Positions 12,441-24,440 of a stretch of 53,668 nt of DNA are shown here, piece by piece; the stretch's first letter is position 1, and the number at the start of each line of letters is the position of its first letter. The DNA is from Octopus sinensis (lineage: Eukaryota). The stretch covers positions 1 to 53,668 of the forward strand of contig NW_021833895.1 of assembly GCF_006345805.1 (NCBI RefSeq). Reading direction: 5' to 3'. A model generated the notes under the pieces. The model was not told where the DNA came from. It was given only the letters and a program-made list of their open reading frames with translations, and did not search any database. Position numbers and translations under genes: made by a program.

Positions 12441-13118
12441 AAACTATAATCAAAATGTCTGGGAAAAGATACGCGGACTTCTTCGAAGATAGAATATACA
12501 ATGCAACAAACCAGAAACTCGCGAACTTAGATTTAGATCCCCGGAAACATCTGCCATACAAAAGATGATTAGATGCCTTTAAAAATGTCCACGTGTTTTA
12601 TAAACGTGACTATGGTATTTAGTAAAGACCAAATCCTAAAATAAGGCCGTAGGCACATTTCTTTTAAGTGTTTTTTTTTTTTTTGCTATTTTCTCTTTCA
12701 AAACGTTAGGCCAGGTAATCTTTGGAAAAACTATTTAAAAACCAAGTAAATTCTAAAATCTAAACAAAGACATTAATACCGATCTATCACAAAGGGTTGC
12801 CTTTTTCTTTCATAGCAAAGAATATATAATAAAACAGCAACATATACAATTCCTTTCTAATTGTGTGACAAGACCAGGAATTTGCTGTGATGGGTTACTC
12901 AATGAAATCAACCTGAGTACTTACAAGTAATTTATTTTATCGACTCTAGAAGGACGAAAAAGCAAAGCAGGCCTCAGTGGCTTTTGACAAACAGAAAGTA
13001 AAGCACCGTAACAAATATTCACATATATATGTTGATTCAATCACGCAAAATTTCCAGTAAAAATAGCTGGACCTGTACGAAATCAGAAGTTATTATTATT
13101 ATTATTATTATTATTATT

Positions 13119-13661
13119 GAGTGAGAGAGCAGTGCATGCCATCAAAGTGATACTGGGGTAAAATATACGAAGCCCAGTATACCCATAATGACTATCCGTC
13201 TGATAAGGGTACACTAGGCACATGCATCACAACCATGTGTGCGCGACATGGTGATCTCATATCAAGATAAACAGCACATGACCTTGCAGGTGGGGCCCAG
13301 TTAGAATTTTCTTCAGGTCGAGTAACCCAACCCACTCGAATAAGGGTTGTTTAAGGATGTTCAACGAAACACCCATGTTTCCAGAGGTGAATTATTCAAA
13401 CCCCAAAGAATCCCTCTCAACACACGGCTATGATGCTCCCCCACTACTTCTGTTCGTGATCAGAGATGCACATATCGTCAGCCACTAAGGGACATGCTCA
13501 ACTGGTTACGGTCAAACAACTGACAAGCAAATCTGTGGTATTGAGCAGAATATTTACTGTAGTCCATCTTTTATACCAAGACAAAACAATGTACATGATA
13601 ACACTTCCAATCAGTTAAGATCAGAAGCCACGAGAGCCACTGCCTGGTACTGCATCAGGGC

Positions 13662-13663
<2 letters not shown>
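13119..13663 (-). mobile_element. Family D non-coding ~545-bp retro-insertion flanked by (TAA)n on both sides
   Basis: (ATT)n lies at 13090-13118 and 13664-13822. The 3' end is shared with 5210 and 50124. No tRNA head or ORF was recognised. Confidence 0.75.
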
Positions 13664-13701
<38 letters not shown>

Positions 13702-13753
13702 ATTATTAATATTATTATTATGATTATTATTATTATTATTATTATCATCATCA

Positions 13754-13822
<69 letters not shown>

Positions 13823-13823
<1 letters not shown>

Positions 13824-14355
13824 ATTATTCTATGTTTGACTTTTGCTTTATATTTGTACAAGTTGGCTCCAAGTCTCACCCAGAGACCTCAAGAGACAAC
13901 ATGGTTGGAAGTTCATGTTGTTGTTATGCCTAGTGTGCCATATATTTGGGGGGTGGGGGTGTTGTACTAGTGAATGTCTAAAAAAAAAAGTTGTTTTTTT
14001 TTTTAAACCGAAAATATGTTTGTTTTAAACCTTGAGATTACATAGAAAGTATTTTGCGTAGGATATGAGCAGTTCCATGAGCACTATCTTTTGAATTTCT
14101 GCCATTTTTGGGTTTCCTGGTATCTGAGTAGGTAGCTATCTGCCCCTTTTGCTATCATTCCCAGGGCACCTATGACAACAGGTATTGTTTTAGTCTTCAG
14201 CTTCCACATTTTGCTGATTTCTATTTCAAGATCTTTATATTTGCTCAGTTTTTGGTAGGTCTTGACAGATTACGTTTATATCGATTGGGACAGTCATATC
14301 AATGAGGAGGCATGTTCTTTGTTTGAAGTCTTTCAATATGATGTCTGGCCTGGCC

Positions 14356-14356
<1 letters not shown>
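13823..14356 (-). mobile_element. 5'-truncated non-LTR retrotransposon 3' end with restriction-like endonuclease (R4/Dong-like), inserted in (TAA)n
   Basis: Minus-strand 14356-14038 translates, with frameshifts, to RPDIILKDFKQRTCLLIDMTVP...KLSKYKDLEIEISKMWKLKTKTIPVVIGALGMI...TAHILRKILSM*. This matches the PD-(D/E)xK RLE motif. A 3' UTR and (AAT)n follow. Confidence 0.85.
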
Positions 14357-14420
<64 letters not shown>

Positions 14421-14834
14421 ATTATTATTATTTTCATCATCATCATCATCATCATCATTATTATTATTATTATTATTATTAATATTATATTCTTTATTAT
14501 CATTAGTACTACCTTAGAATTTTGTTTCCATTTCTTGGTGAGTATCTTTCCAACACCTAGGGCGAATAGACTCACTGTATAAATTGGTAGGCCATTAAAA
14601 TAAACACACCAGATTGGTTATTTACAAAGTTAAGTGAGAGAAAAAAAATCGATTATATCGACCCACGGCTCAACTGGCACCTATTTAATCGATCCTCAAA
14701 GGATAAAAAGTCAAAATTGACCTCAGTGGAATTCAGTTAACCGAATAAATTCATGCTAATCGTCTCGTAAGTACTAGAGAACCAATGACGTCATGTATTT
14801 TTCATTGGATGTGGAATAAATTAAATTGAAATAA

Positions 14835-15431
14835 GGCGGCGATCTGGCAGAAACGTTAGCACGCCGGGCGAAATGCGTAGCCGTATTTCGTTTGCCGTTA
14901 TGTTCTGAGTTCAAATTCCGCCGAGATCAAGTTTGCCTTTCATCTTCTCGGGGTCGATAAATTAAGTACCAGTTACGCACTGGGGTCGATGTAATCGACT
15001 TAATCCGTTCGTCTGCCCTTGTTTGTCCCCTCTGTGTTTAGCTTCTTGGGGGTAGTAAAGAAATAGGTATTTCGTCTGCCGTTACGTTCTGAGCTCAAAT
15101 TCCGCCGAGGTCGACTTTGTCTTTCATCCTTTCGGTGTTGGTTAAATAAGTACCAGTTACGCACTGTGTTCGGTGTAATCGACTTAATCCGTATGTCTGT
15201 CCTTGTTTGTCCCCTCTGTGTTTAGCCCCTTGTGGGTAGTAAAGAAATAGGTATTTCGTCTGCCGCTACGTTCTGAGCTCAAATTCCGCCGAGGTCGACT
15301 TTGCCTTTCATCCTTTCGAGGTCGATAAATTAAGTACCAGTTATGCACTGAGGTCGATGTAATCGACTTAATCCGTTTGTCTGTCTTTGTTTGTCCCCTC
15401 TATGTTTAGCCCCTTGTGGGCAATAAAGAAA
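14835..15431 (+). mobile_element. SINE family A with three tandem ~184-bp body units
   Basis: Unit starts (g/c)gtatttcg at about 14881, 15066 and 15250. Confidence 0.9.
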
Positions 15432-17289
15432 TTAGAATAAATGAAATTTAAAATCGTTGACACTTCAATGTTGAGAACTAGTCAAATTACCGCAAAATAT
15501 TTAAATCCACGTTAAATGGTTTATGACATCTTAGTGTAATGATAATTTTTCTAAATTATCTAAAATAGAAAAAAACGTTTCAACAAAACCTCATTGAAAT
15601 AACCATTGCATTTTTCATGGTAGTTGAATGAAGAAAGGAAACTGTTTGAAATTTCAAAATCTATTGGTTTTTTTATTGGATTCGTCTCACCGGGGCATTA
15701 GCACTTACACAAAGATGCTCGCGAAGTATTGGCTAATTACTTGGAAAATAATATACGACAGTTTTGAAAATATTTTGATATTATAGAAATGCTTGCATAT
15801 TGTTTTTGTATAACAGATTTTGTGTTATTGCCAGAGGCGTTTATTGTACCATGCGTAGACCGAATATTATTACTATGGGATTTCAATGCAGCTCTTCTCT
15901 TCGAAGAGGAATACGGACAGATTAATACGGTGGGTTTGTAAAGTAGGAAAACGCATGCATTAACCCTTTCAACGAAGCTGTCATTTTGAAACGAGTTTTC
16001 TCTTTTGTCTTTCCGTCTTCTCTATACGAAGAATGTTAGAATTGATTGCCTCGGTATTTCCACGATGAAAAGGTCAAAGAAAAGGTTAAGTAAAACTGAA
16101 TATTGCGAGATGAAAGCTGACTAATACAAACAGACAATGGAAAAAAAAACGTTCCTGTGCAGTAAGGATCATGTGATTCTTTTATAAACCGAGCATAGGA
16201 AAATATCGATCCAAAAATTTGAAATCTTGCAAATATCGTAGCGTCAAAAAGATTTACTACTATTTAATAGTAAATAATACCATTCTCTTAGAATTTAATA
16301 CACAAACAGATGTTTTCCGATCAAATATCTTTTACAGTGTATTGTAGAAACGTTTACATTGAAAGAAATGCTCTTTGCGTCCTGTTGATTTTGATCCTAA
16401 CAGCATGTACCTAAATATTATTACACAGACTGATGTTTAATGTCAGAGATACTTACAATAAAATTTATGGAAATTTTGGTATTTGACTGAAAGTTTTTGG
16501 TGAACTTGGTTGTATTTGATTACTAGAGAGGGGGGAAGATTTATTGTTGAATGTTATATTCGTATCACTATGTTCGATTATAATTTTGGAATAGTTTCAA
16601 ACTATAAAGATAATTCGGAATAGTCTTTAGAAACTGTAATATTAACCCGGTAACCGTCAGTCACTCATTTTTCCCTGCAACGTTTCAGTGTGTAACTTGG
16701 GGTGCAGCAATTAGGGAAAAAAGTGTAGCGGTTAGAATAACCACTCTGCATACAAATTTCACCGTGACTAACTTTGACTTGTTTCAAAAGTATGGCGTGG
16801 TGGATTTAAATAAGCTTTTGATGGTTCAACCAACTGAATTCCAACTCATGAAACTAACGTGTAATCAGTTGCATATCCCAACACATTTCTAAGATCAAAT
16901 CAATGCAAGACAATGTATAAAGGTCGATGTTTTGTACCAATAGTACAATCCAGGAAGAAAGAGAGTGTCCGAAAAGAATCGGGCCTTTATACTTGACATG
17001 CACTTTATTTATTGACATACTTAAGGCTTAAATTTATAAAACCAGGACTGATTTTCATAAGGGATTTTATCCAACATTGTAACGATTTTTCTCCCTATCG
17101 TTCAGTCTTTGTTGCAACCTGGTAGCTTGTGCACCTTTATTACACTGAGACCGCTGCCAGAGGAGCGCAAAAATTTGGTAGGACTTCAGTAGACTAATAT
17201 GAATCACAACTTCCTGGAGATAAAAATGTGTTTGCTCAAGGCCGACGTTCCTATCAAGAAAGAGGCATAGATACAGAAGCATCTATTTC

Positions 17290-17490
17290 CCAAATATAGG
17301 CAAATATATGAACCTACAAGGGAGGTGGGAGAAGGGTTACACTAAAAATAACTAAAGGCGGGATACTGAGGTAGAATTGTAAAGAAAAAAAAGAGAACCA
17401 GCTGGATCTATGCTAAAAAGACAGCTCAGAGACGAAGAGAATGGAGGAACGTTATCGATGGCCTTTGCTCCAAATTGAATGAAGTGATGA
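17290..17490 (+). pseudogene. Decayed RTE-clade LINE C-terminal fragment
   Basis: Hand translation gives NLQGRWEKGYTKNN*RR and AQRRREWRNVIDGLCS. These resemble the RTE C-terminal motifs WxPQGxRxRGRPKxTWRR and AQDRxxWRxxVxxLC. Confidence 0.5.
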
Positions 17491-17750
17491 AATAAGTAGT
17501 AGTGGTAAGTGTAACGTGTCTACAAATTTGTCGCTTTGAAATAATCACCATCTATGGTTGAAGCTTGAGAAAACATGTTCCTCAGTTGATTCTGAACTAG
17601 AGGTAGAAATTGTGGTTTGTTATAGTTTGAAATGCAGAAGACTTATGGCATTTAAACCTCTTTCAGGATTCTTAAGCTTATAAATATTTATGAAATGTGT
17701 TGTTTTAATGGGAAATTTAAAAAGTAGAGAGAGAGTGTGTGTGTGTGGTG

Positions 17751-17781
<31 letters not shown>

Positions 17782-18403
17782 TGTGTGTGTGTGCGTGCGT
17801 GTAAAATTTGTCAAGAATTCATTTCTGTTTTACTTGCTGAGTGTGGAAGAAATGGAAGTAACCTTGGTCTTAGCAAACCTTCCTATAACGGTGATAATAA
17901 TGCTGCTAATGTTCCGTTAAAACCGGTGAATAAATTTCCAGACGGCTGATGATTTGGGTGGAAAAAAACTGTGCATAGTGGTCACTCAGGAACCGGTAGA
18001 CATCGGATTAGATGCAACAAAGATAACAAAAGGAAAGGTGATGAATGAGACGTGGATAGCTTAGAGAGAGAAATGCGAGAACTGCAAGCTCAGAGGTACA
18101 GAGGTGAGCTGTGGCCGAACATATATTTGTTAGATTAGCTAAACCAAAATTAGCGAAGCAGGAAATTCCCTTATGCCAAAGCCACAATCACACTGATACG
18201 ATTTTGCGTCTTTTCAGCTAAATAAAAAGACTAGGTTGAGGCTGAAAAGTTGTGAAGCTTTGAATCGCGATATGTAGTAGTTACAGTCATAACAATTGCT
18301 CTGAAATTTATATCGTTATCTAAATAAAAGAACTAAAATTCCGACTGAATAGTAAAGGGTGCTGTTGTAATACGCATGTACTTTCTTCTTGTTTTATATA
18401 GAA

Positions 18404-18471
<68 letters not shown>

Positions 18472-19432
18472 GGCGGTGCCCCAGCATGGCCACAGATCGT
18501 GAGCTGAAACTAGATAAAATATATAAAAATATATATATAAATATACATATATATATATATATATATAATATATATATATATATGAGATTGTACTGTAGAA
18601 AATGTCATTGCATAACGCCGTTGTTTTATCCTTGAAATATGTATTTTTACCGAGTGAAGAGGCTTCATATTTAAGCTGAGAGGCAACATATGTCGTTGAA
18701 ACACTCCAAACATCTCCCTAGTGATATAATCATAAATATAGAGTAGCGTGAAGCTCTCGGGAAACACTGGGAAAATGTCAATCTGTTACACTCAAACCTT
18801 AGCTAGAATGTTATCAGCGTACTCTGAAGAAATTTCAGTGACGTTAAAGTGCATTTCCCCCAGCATTATCATCGTAAATTTGCAAAAATAAATGCGTAGA
18901 GGAAACGTAATAGAGAATTCGAAATCCAAATGGAAAATTTGTCGGAAGTTATTTTAACCTCTAATTTACGTAACCTTTAAAAATACCTTCAGTAGTAAAA
19001 TATCTGCTGACATCTTATTGCACAAAATTATTAATTTCTGCAATCATACCACTAATTTGCGATTCATTACAAATAAAAACCTAAATATGATTAACCGTTA
19101 TTTCTTCTCCAGAAATAGCCTTACTTTGAGGGAGAACATTTGAGATTTAATTACGCCATATCACGTTAATTAAAGCTAAATTACTATAATTGATTGATGC
19201 ATATTCAGTGTAATTGAGTTCGCATTTAGTTTTAGTAGAAGTACTGGTGATATTGTAGCAGAAACGAAAGGAAAATGTGAACGTTTAAAATTTGTTGATG
19301 TCTCCCCGGCTATTGAAGTTCGGATCTTACGTTTTTCTTAGATTGAATTGTTTCTTATTGATGTCGTCCCGAAATCATAAGCACACGATGACAAACTGGA
19401 CAGTTTTGAATGCATTGTCTATTTGAGTTTAC

Positions 19433-19820
19433 GTGGAGGCGCAATGGCCCAGTGGTTAGGGCAGCGGACTCGCGGTCATAGGATCGCGCTTTCGATTCCC
19501 AGACCGGGTGTTGTGAGTGTTTATTGAGCGAAAACACCTAAAGCTCCACGAGGCTCCGGCAGGGGATGGTGGTGATCCCTGCTCTACTCTTTCACCACAA
19601 CTTTCTCTCACTCTTACTTCCTGTTTCTGTTGTACCTGTATTTCAAAGGACCGGCCTTGTCACTCTCTGTGTCACGCTGAATATTCCAGAGAACTACGTT
19701 AAGGGTACACGTGTCTGTGGAGTGCTCAGCCACTTACACGTTAATTTCACGAGCAGGCTGTTCCGTTGATTCGGATCAACCGGAACCCTCGTCGTCGTAA
19801 CCGACGGAGTGCTTCCATCC
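19433..19820 (+). mobile_element. tRNA-derived SINE, family C variant, full length with 12-bp TSD
   Basis: A-box TGGCCCAGTGG and B-box-like TTCGATTCCC. TSD atttgagtttac at 19421-19432 and 19821-19832. Confidence 0.9.
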
Positions 19821-20137
19821 ATTTGAGTTTACATGTTAACTTGTTACATCTTGGTTAGCGGTCTTTTGTTCATGATGCTGTGCCAGAAAAGAAACACGAA
19901 TGCATGAGCGAAACGTCAAATATACATCACTTCTTTTGGTTTCGTTTCTATTACATTAGTTACGATCTCAATTTCAATTTGATTTAATATATCTTAATGC
20001 TTTCTACTGGAAGCACAAAGCCTCAAAAATACGTTACAACAAATGTTCCAAATTTTGACGGAGAGCCCGCCATTTTAGGGATGGAGCGAAGTCGATTACA
20101 TCAACCCCGAAAGGATGAATTTCAACACAACGTATAG

Positions 20138-20316
20138 ACAGTTCTATATTTAAGAGATGAATTATGTACACTATTTACATTATTTACATTTGACGGATAT
20201 TTGTCCTCATCTTGTTTGTTGTTAATACAACGTTTCGGTTGATATACCCTCCAGCTTTCATCAGGTGTACTGGGGAAATTTCGAACCTGTGTTCTCATTC
20301 CTAAGGTATTTTTCGA

Positions 20317-20347
<31 letters not shown>

Positions 20348-20476
20348 CTCTTCTTCTTCTTCTTCTTCTTCTTCTTCTCTTCTTCTTCTTCTTCTTCTTC
20401 TTCTTCTTCTTTTCTTCTTCTTCTTCTTTTCTTCTTCTTCTTCTTCTTCTTCTTCTTCCTTTTATTATTATTATTA

Positions 20477-20512
<36 letters not shown>

Positions 20513-20573
20513 TCACTGACTGGAATCGAACTCTAAATCTTGGAGTTAGTAGCCCGCGCTCTTAACCACTACG
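20138..20573 (-). mobile_element. tRNA-headed element with internal microsatellite and hammerhead-like tail (left arm of inverted pair)
   Basis: Minus strand reads CGTAGTGGTTAAGAGCGCGGG...GAGTTCGATTCC, then (AAT)n(GAA)n(AAC)n, then CTGATGA-A...ACC-GAAACGTT (20264-20229). Confidence 0.85.
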
Positions 20574-20576
20574 ACA

Positions 20577-20818
20577 CGGGCATATGGCGTAGTGATTAAG
20601 AGCGCGTGCTACTAACCCCAACATTTCGAGTTAGATTCCAGGAAGTGACCGGAAGAAGAAGAAGAAGATCCAAAAGTATCTTAAGAATGAGAACCCAGTT
20701 TCGAAATTTCCCCAGTACACCTGATGAAGGCTGGGGGGGTATATCAACCGAAACGTTTTATTAACAACAAACAAGATGAGTACAAATATCCGTCAAATGT
20801 AAATAATGTGAATAATGT
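20577..20818 (+). mobile_element. tRNA-headed element with hammerhead-like tail (right arm of inverted pair)
   Basis: TGGCGTAGTGATTAAGAGCGCG...GAGTTAGATTCC, then (GAA)n, then CTGATGA (20721-20727) A GGCTG...CAACC GAAAC (20750-20754) GTT. Confidence 0.85.
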
Positions 20819-21361
20819 ACAACGTATGGAATCAGAAAAAAATTCTGCTAAGCAATTCTGCCCAACGAGCAAACAACTCTGCCTGCTCACTATGTTAATA
20901 ACGATGATTTGAAATTTTGGCAAGAATTTTATGGGTAGGGTAAGTCAATTGCATTGACCCCGGTTCTCGGGTGGTGCTTATATTCTCTATTCCGAAAGAT
21001 AATAGAGATAATTTTTCGTCTATAGGCACAAGACCCGATGTTGCTGGGAAGGAGGGTAATCGATTGGTTTTTACCCCCAATGCTTCGGTAATTTATTTAA
21101 TCAACCACGAGAAAGATGAAAGGCAATGTAGACGTTGGCGGAATTCGAACTCGGAACGCAAAGATGAATGAAATGCTACTAACCATTTCGTCCGGCAATC
21201 TAACGATGCTGTCAACTCGTAGTAATAAGGAAGGCAATAAAAGATAACGGTCCTGAATTGAATGCACTTGATCTTAGGGTTATTTGAACAGGAATACATT
21301 GAGCCCAATGGAAGAAGAGCGACACAAACAACAAAATTTTTAATACAGATAAAGAAGAAGA

Positions 21362-22156
<795 letters not shown>

Positions 22157-22394
22157 ACCTTCGCACGTTTTGCACAGCCATTAGGAGTAGGAGCGCTACC
22201 ATCAACACCTCCTCCACTCGTCAGTCAAGTACAACTCGAACCGTCACAAGAATAACATAAAAAAAACCCACCACCAACACCAACACCAACACCAACTACA
22301 TTAGCATCAACTCAGTGTGCTTAGAATGTCTGTATATAGCACTAATTAGCAGTATTAAATTTTTGCCTTCTTTGATTAAACTTCGTTCAAATCA

Positions 22395-22508
22395 CTCTCT
22401 CTTCTCTCTCTCTTCTCCCTCTCTCTCTCTCTTTCTGAAACCTTTCTTCATTATTTCTTTCTATTTCGATGCACACTTTCGATTTTTCTTTCTCTCTCTC
22501 TCTCACTC

Positions 22509-22550
<42 letters not shown>

Positions 22551-22775
22551 TCTCTCTCTCTCACTCCCTCTCTCTCTCACTCCATCTCTCTCTCACTCCC
22601 TCTCTCTCTCTCGCTCACTTTGTCCTTCTACGTCTCTTCAAATTTTCCTTTCTATTTCTCTTCATCTCTTTATATTTTTCTTAATTTCTTCGTTACTTTT
22701 CTCAATATTCTCTCTCTCTCTCTTTCATACACCCTCCCTCCTCACTTCTTTCTCTTTCTCTTTCTCTTCTCTCTA
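22395..22775. repeat. (CT)n-rich polypyrimidine tract
   Basis: Directly visible. Confidence 0.9.
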
Positions 22776-23126
22776 ATTTTAATTAGCTTTGCAGGGATTG
22801 TCAACTTTGTCTGAATTGAAACAGATTAATCAAATCTTCGCTATCAAACTAAAAAAACAAATCGAAACAAAACTTTTAAATAGACATATAAAACACATTA
22901 ATTAATTCTTTTTTTATTTTAGACTTTGTTTAACCGCCGTTCCATTCTGTACCGTCTTCCCTGAATATCTTTGGATAGTTTTTTGTAACATTTTAAACTT
23001 GAGGATGCTACAGGGCCTCGCTTAAACACTCCTTTATATGTTTGGGTGGAAATGAAACTATTTGAAACCCCAGGACTGATAAAGTAGCAGCACAGGGAGG
23101 TATTATATTCAATCTTTTATCTGTTA

Positions 23127-23643
23127 CTAGCAGTATCACCCGGTGTTGCTTGGGTTTGTTTCGACCCTTTAGAATTGGAATTTTTGAAAAGTAAAAATTT
23201 TGCATTATGCAAATTGTTATTCTCTTCAAGTGAACATTTTTCCAGTTGAAATACGCCGCAAAATGGTGACACAGCAGTCAAAAATCGTAAAAAAAAATAG
23301 GGATTATCATAGAAAAAAAGCACCTCTTTGATGTAAATAATTTTTGGTGTTAACATGGTCCGATTTGAATTTTATCTTCTACAGAATTAAGAGCAAGCCT
23401 TCTATCATACTCTCAATTTTGATCAACTTGCGCTGCAGGGTCTCGAAGGAGATAGTGTTAGTTGAAGGCTACCAAACCTGCCACACACAACTTCAGCTTT
23501 ATTTGCTACACACTACTTTCCATCCTTAATAGTGAAACTTGGTAGATCCAAAAGTTAAACACACAGACACACAGAGATACACACACAGACACACACACAC
23601 AGATACACACACAGACACACAAGTTCAGTTTTATATATAGAGA
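23127..23643 (-). mobile_element. Non-autonomous Helitron-like element (Lep1-type architecture)
   Basis: On the minus strand the 5' end is A|TCTCTATATATAAAA, followed by a (TG/TC)-type microsatellite. The 3' end has the hairpin CCCAAGCAACACCGGG, then CTAG|T. It inserted between A and T with no TSD. Confidence 0.75.
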
Positions 23644-24246
23644 TTTCTCAACGGGGATTACAGCAGAGAGTTTTAGGGAGTCGCTGGCGATGTATCGTGA
23701 TGATCAAAAATCCGGCCAGCTAAAATTTGGTTAAAGTCATTCAAACTGCAGACTCAACGCAAAATGGTCACATTTAAGTCAAAGCGTTAAAATGTTATGA
23801 AAACAATTGGTATGCGTTCACAAAGTCCAAAAGATTAATACGAAAAAAACCCTCCAGGCTACATCCCGAAAATTCATTTCTTTTCCGAACTTCTACAATG
23901 TTTACGGCGATTCATTTTTATATCTTGATTTTTTATTTTTCATGCAATTTACGCATGCTTGCACGCGTGGTTGACACAGTTCAGGTCAAACAGCTGACTG
24001 AGTAAAGTTCACTATTCAATGCATGGGATAAGGCCTAAACAAACACATTATCGATTTTTGCACTTGCGAGATGAATTTCGGAACAGAAATAGCGCAGTTC
24101 AATTTTCATTCGCGTAAACTTTAAGTGACCCATTTTTGGTGGTTCTACGATTTGTTGGCTAGGAGGAGATGTGCCGGGAAGTTAAACACACAGACACACA
24201 CACAGATAAACACACAGACACACAAGTTGAGTTTTATATATATAGA
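23644..24246 (-). mobile_element. Second Helitron-like 5' end with unrelated internal sequence, abutting the first element
   Basis: 24179-24246 repeats 23551-23643 (A|TCTATATATATAAAACTCAACTTGTGTG). No CTAG 3' end of its own was found. Confidence 0.5.
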
Positions 24247-24440
24247 TTTCTTTCAGTCTGCGGTCACGCTAGAGCACCACGTTGAAGGGTATAGTTGAAC
24301 AGGTCGCCTCTAGTAACTATTTTTGTCTTTTAGTTTTATGCTTATTTCATCGATCAGTTTTGACTAGCGGCTACTTAAGGAGACGTAATGGGGTACCCCA
24401 AAATAACTAGAAACATTCGCTGTGAGACAAACCCATTGTA

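Noticed and set aside
11148-15431. Regularly spaced repeats that could suggest a CRISPR array
   Set aside because: The units are ~184-bp SINE bodies with no unique spacers, the context is eukaryotic and there are no cas genes.
16643-16740. TTAA-CCC piggyBac-like terminus
   Set aside because: No matching inverted terminus or transposase remnant was found.
19433-19510. tRNA-like sequences at SINE heads (also 20577, 27849, 43864)
   Set aside because: They have A/B boxes but no complete cloverleaf or acceptor stem, and they continue into SINE bodies, so they are not tRNA genes.
19880-19920. GAAACGTC resembling a hammerhead 3' half
   Set aside because: There is no credible CUGANGA box or adjacent stem I.
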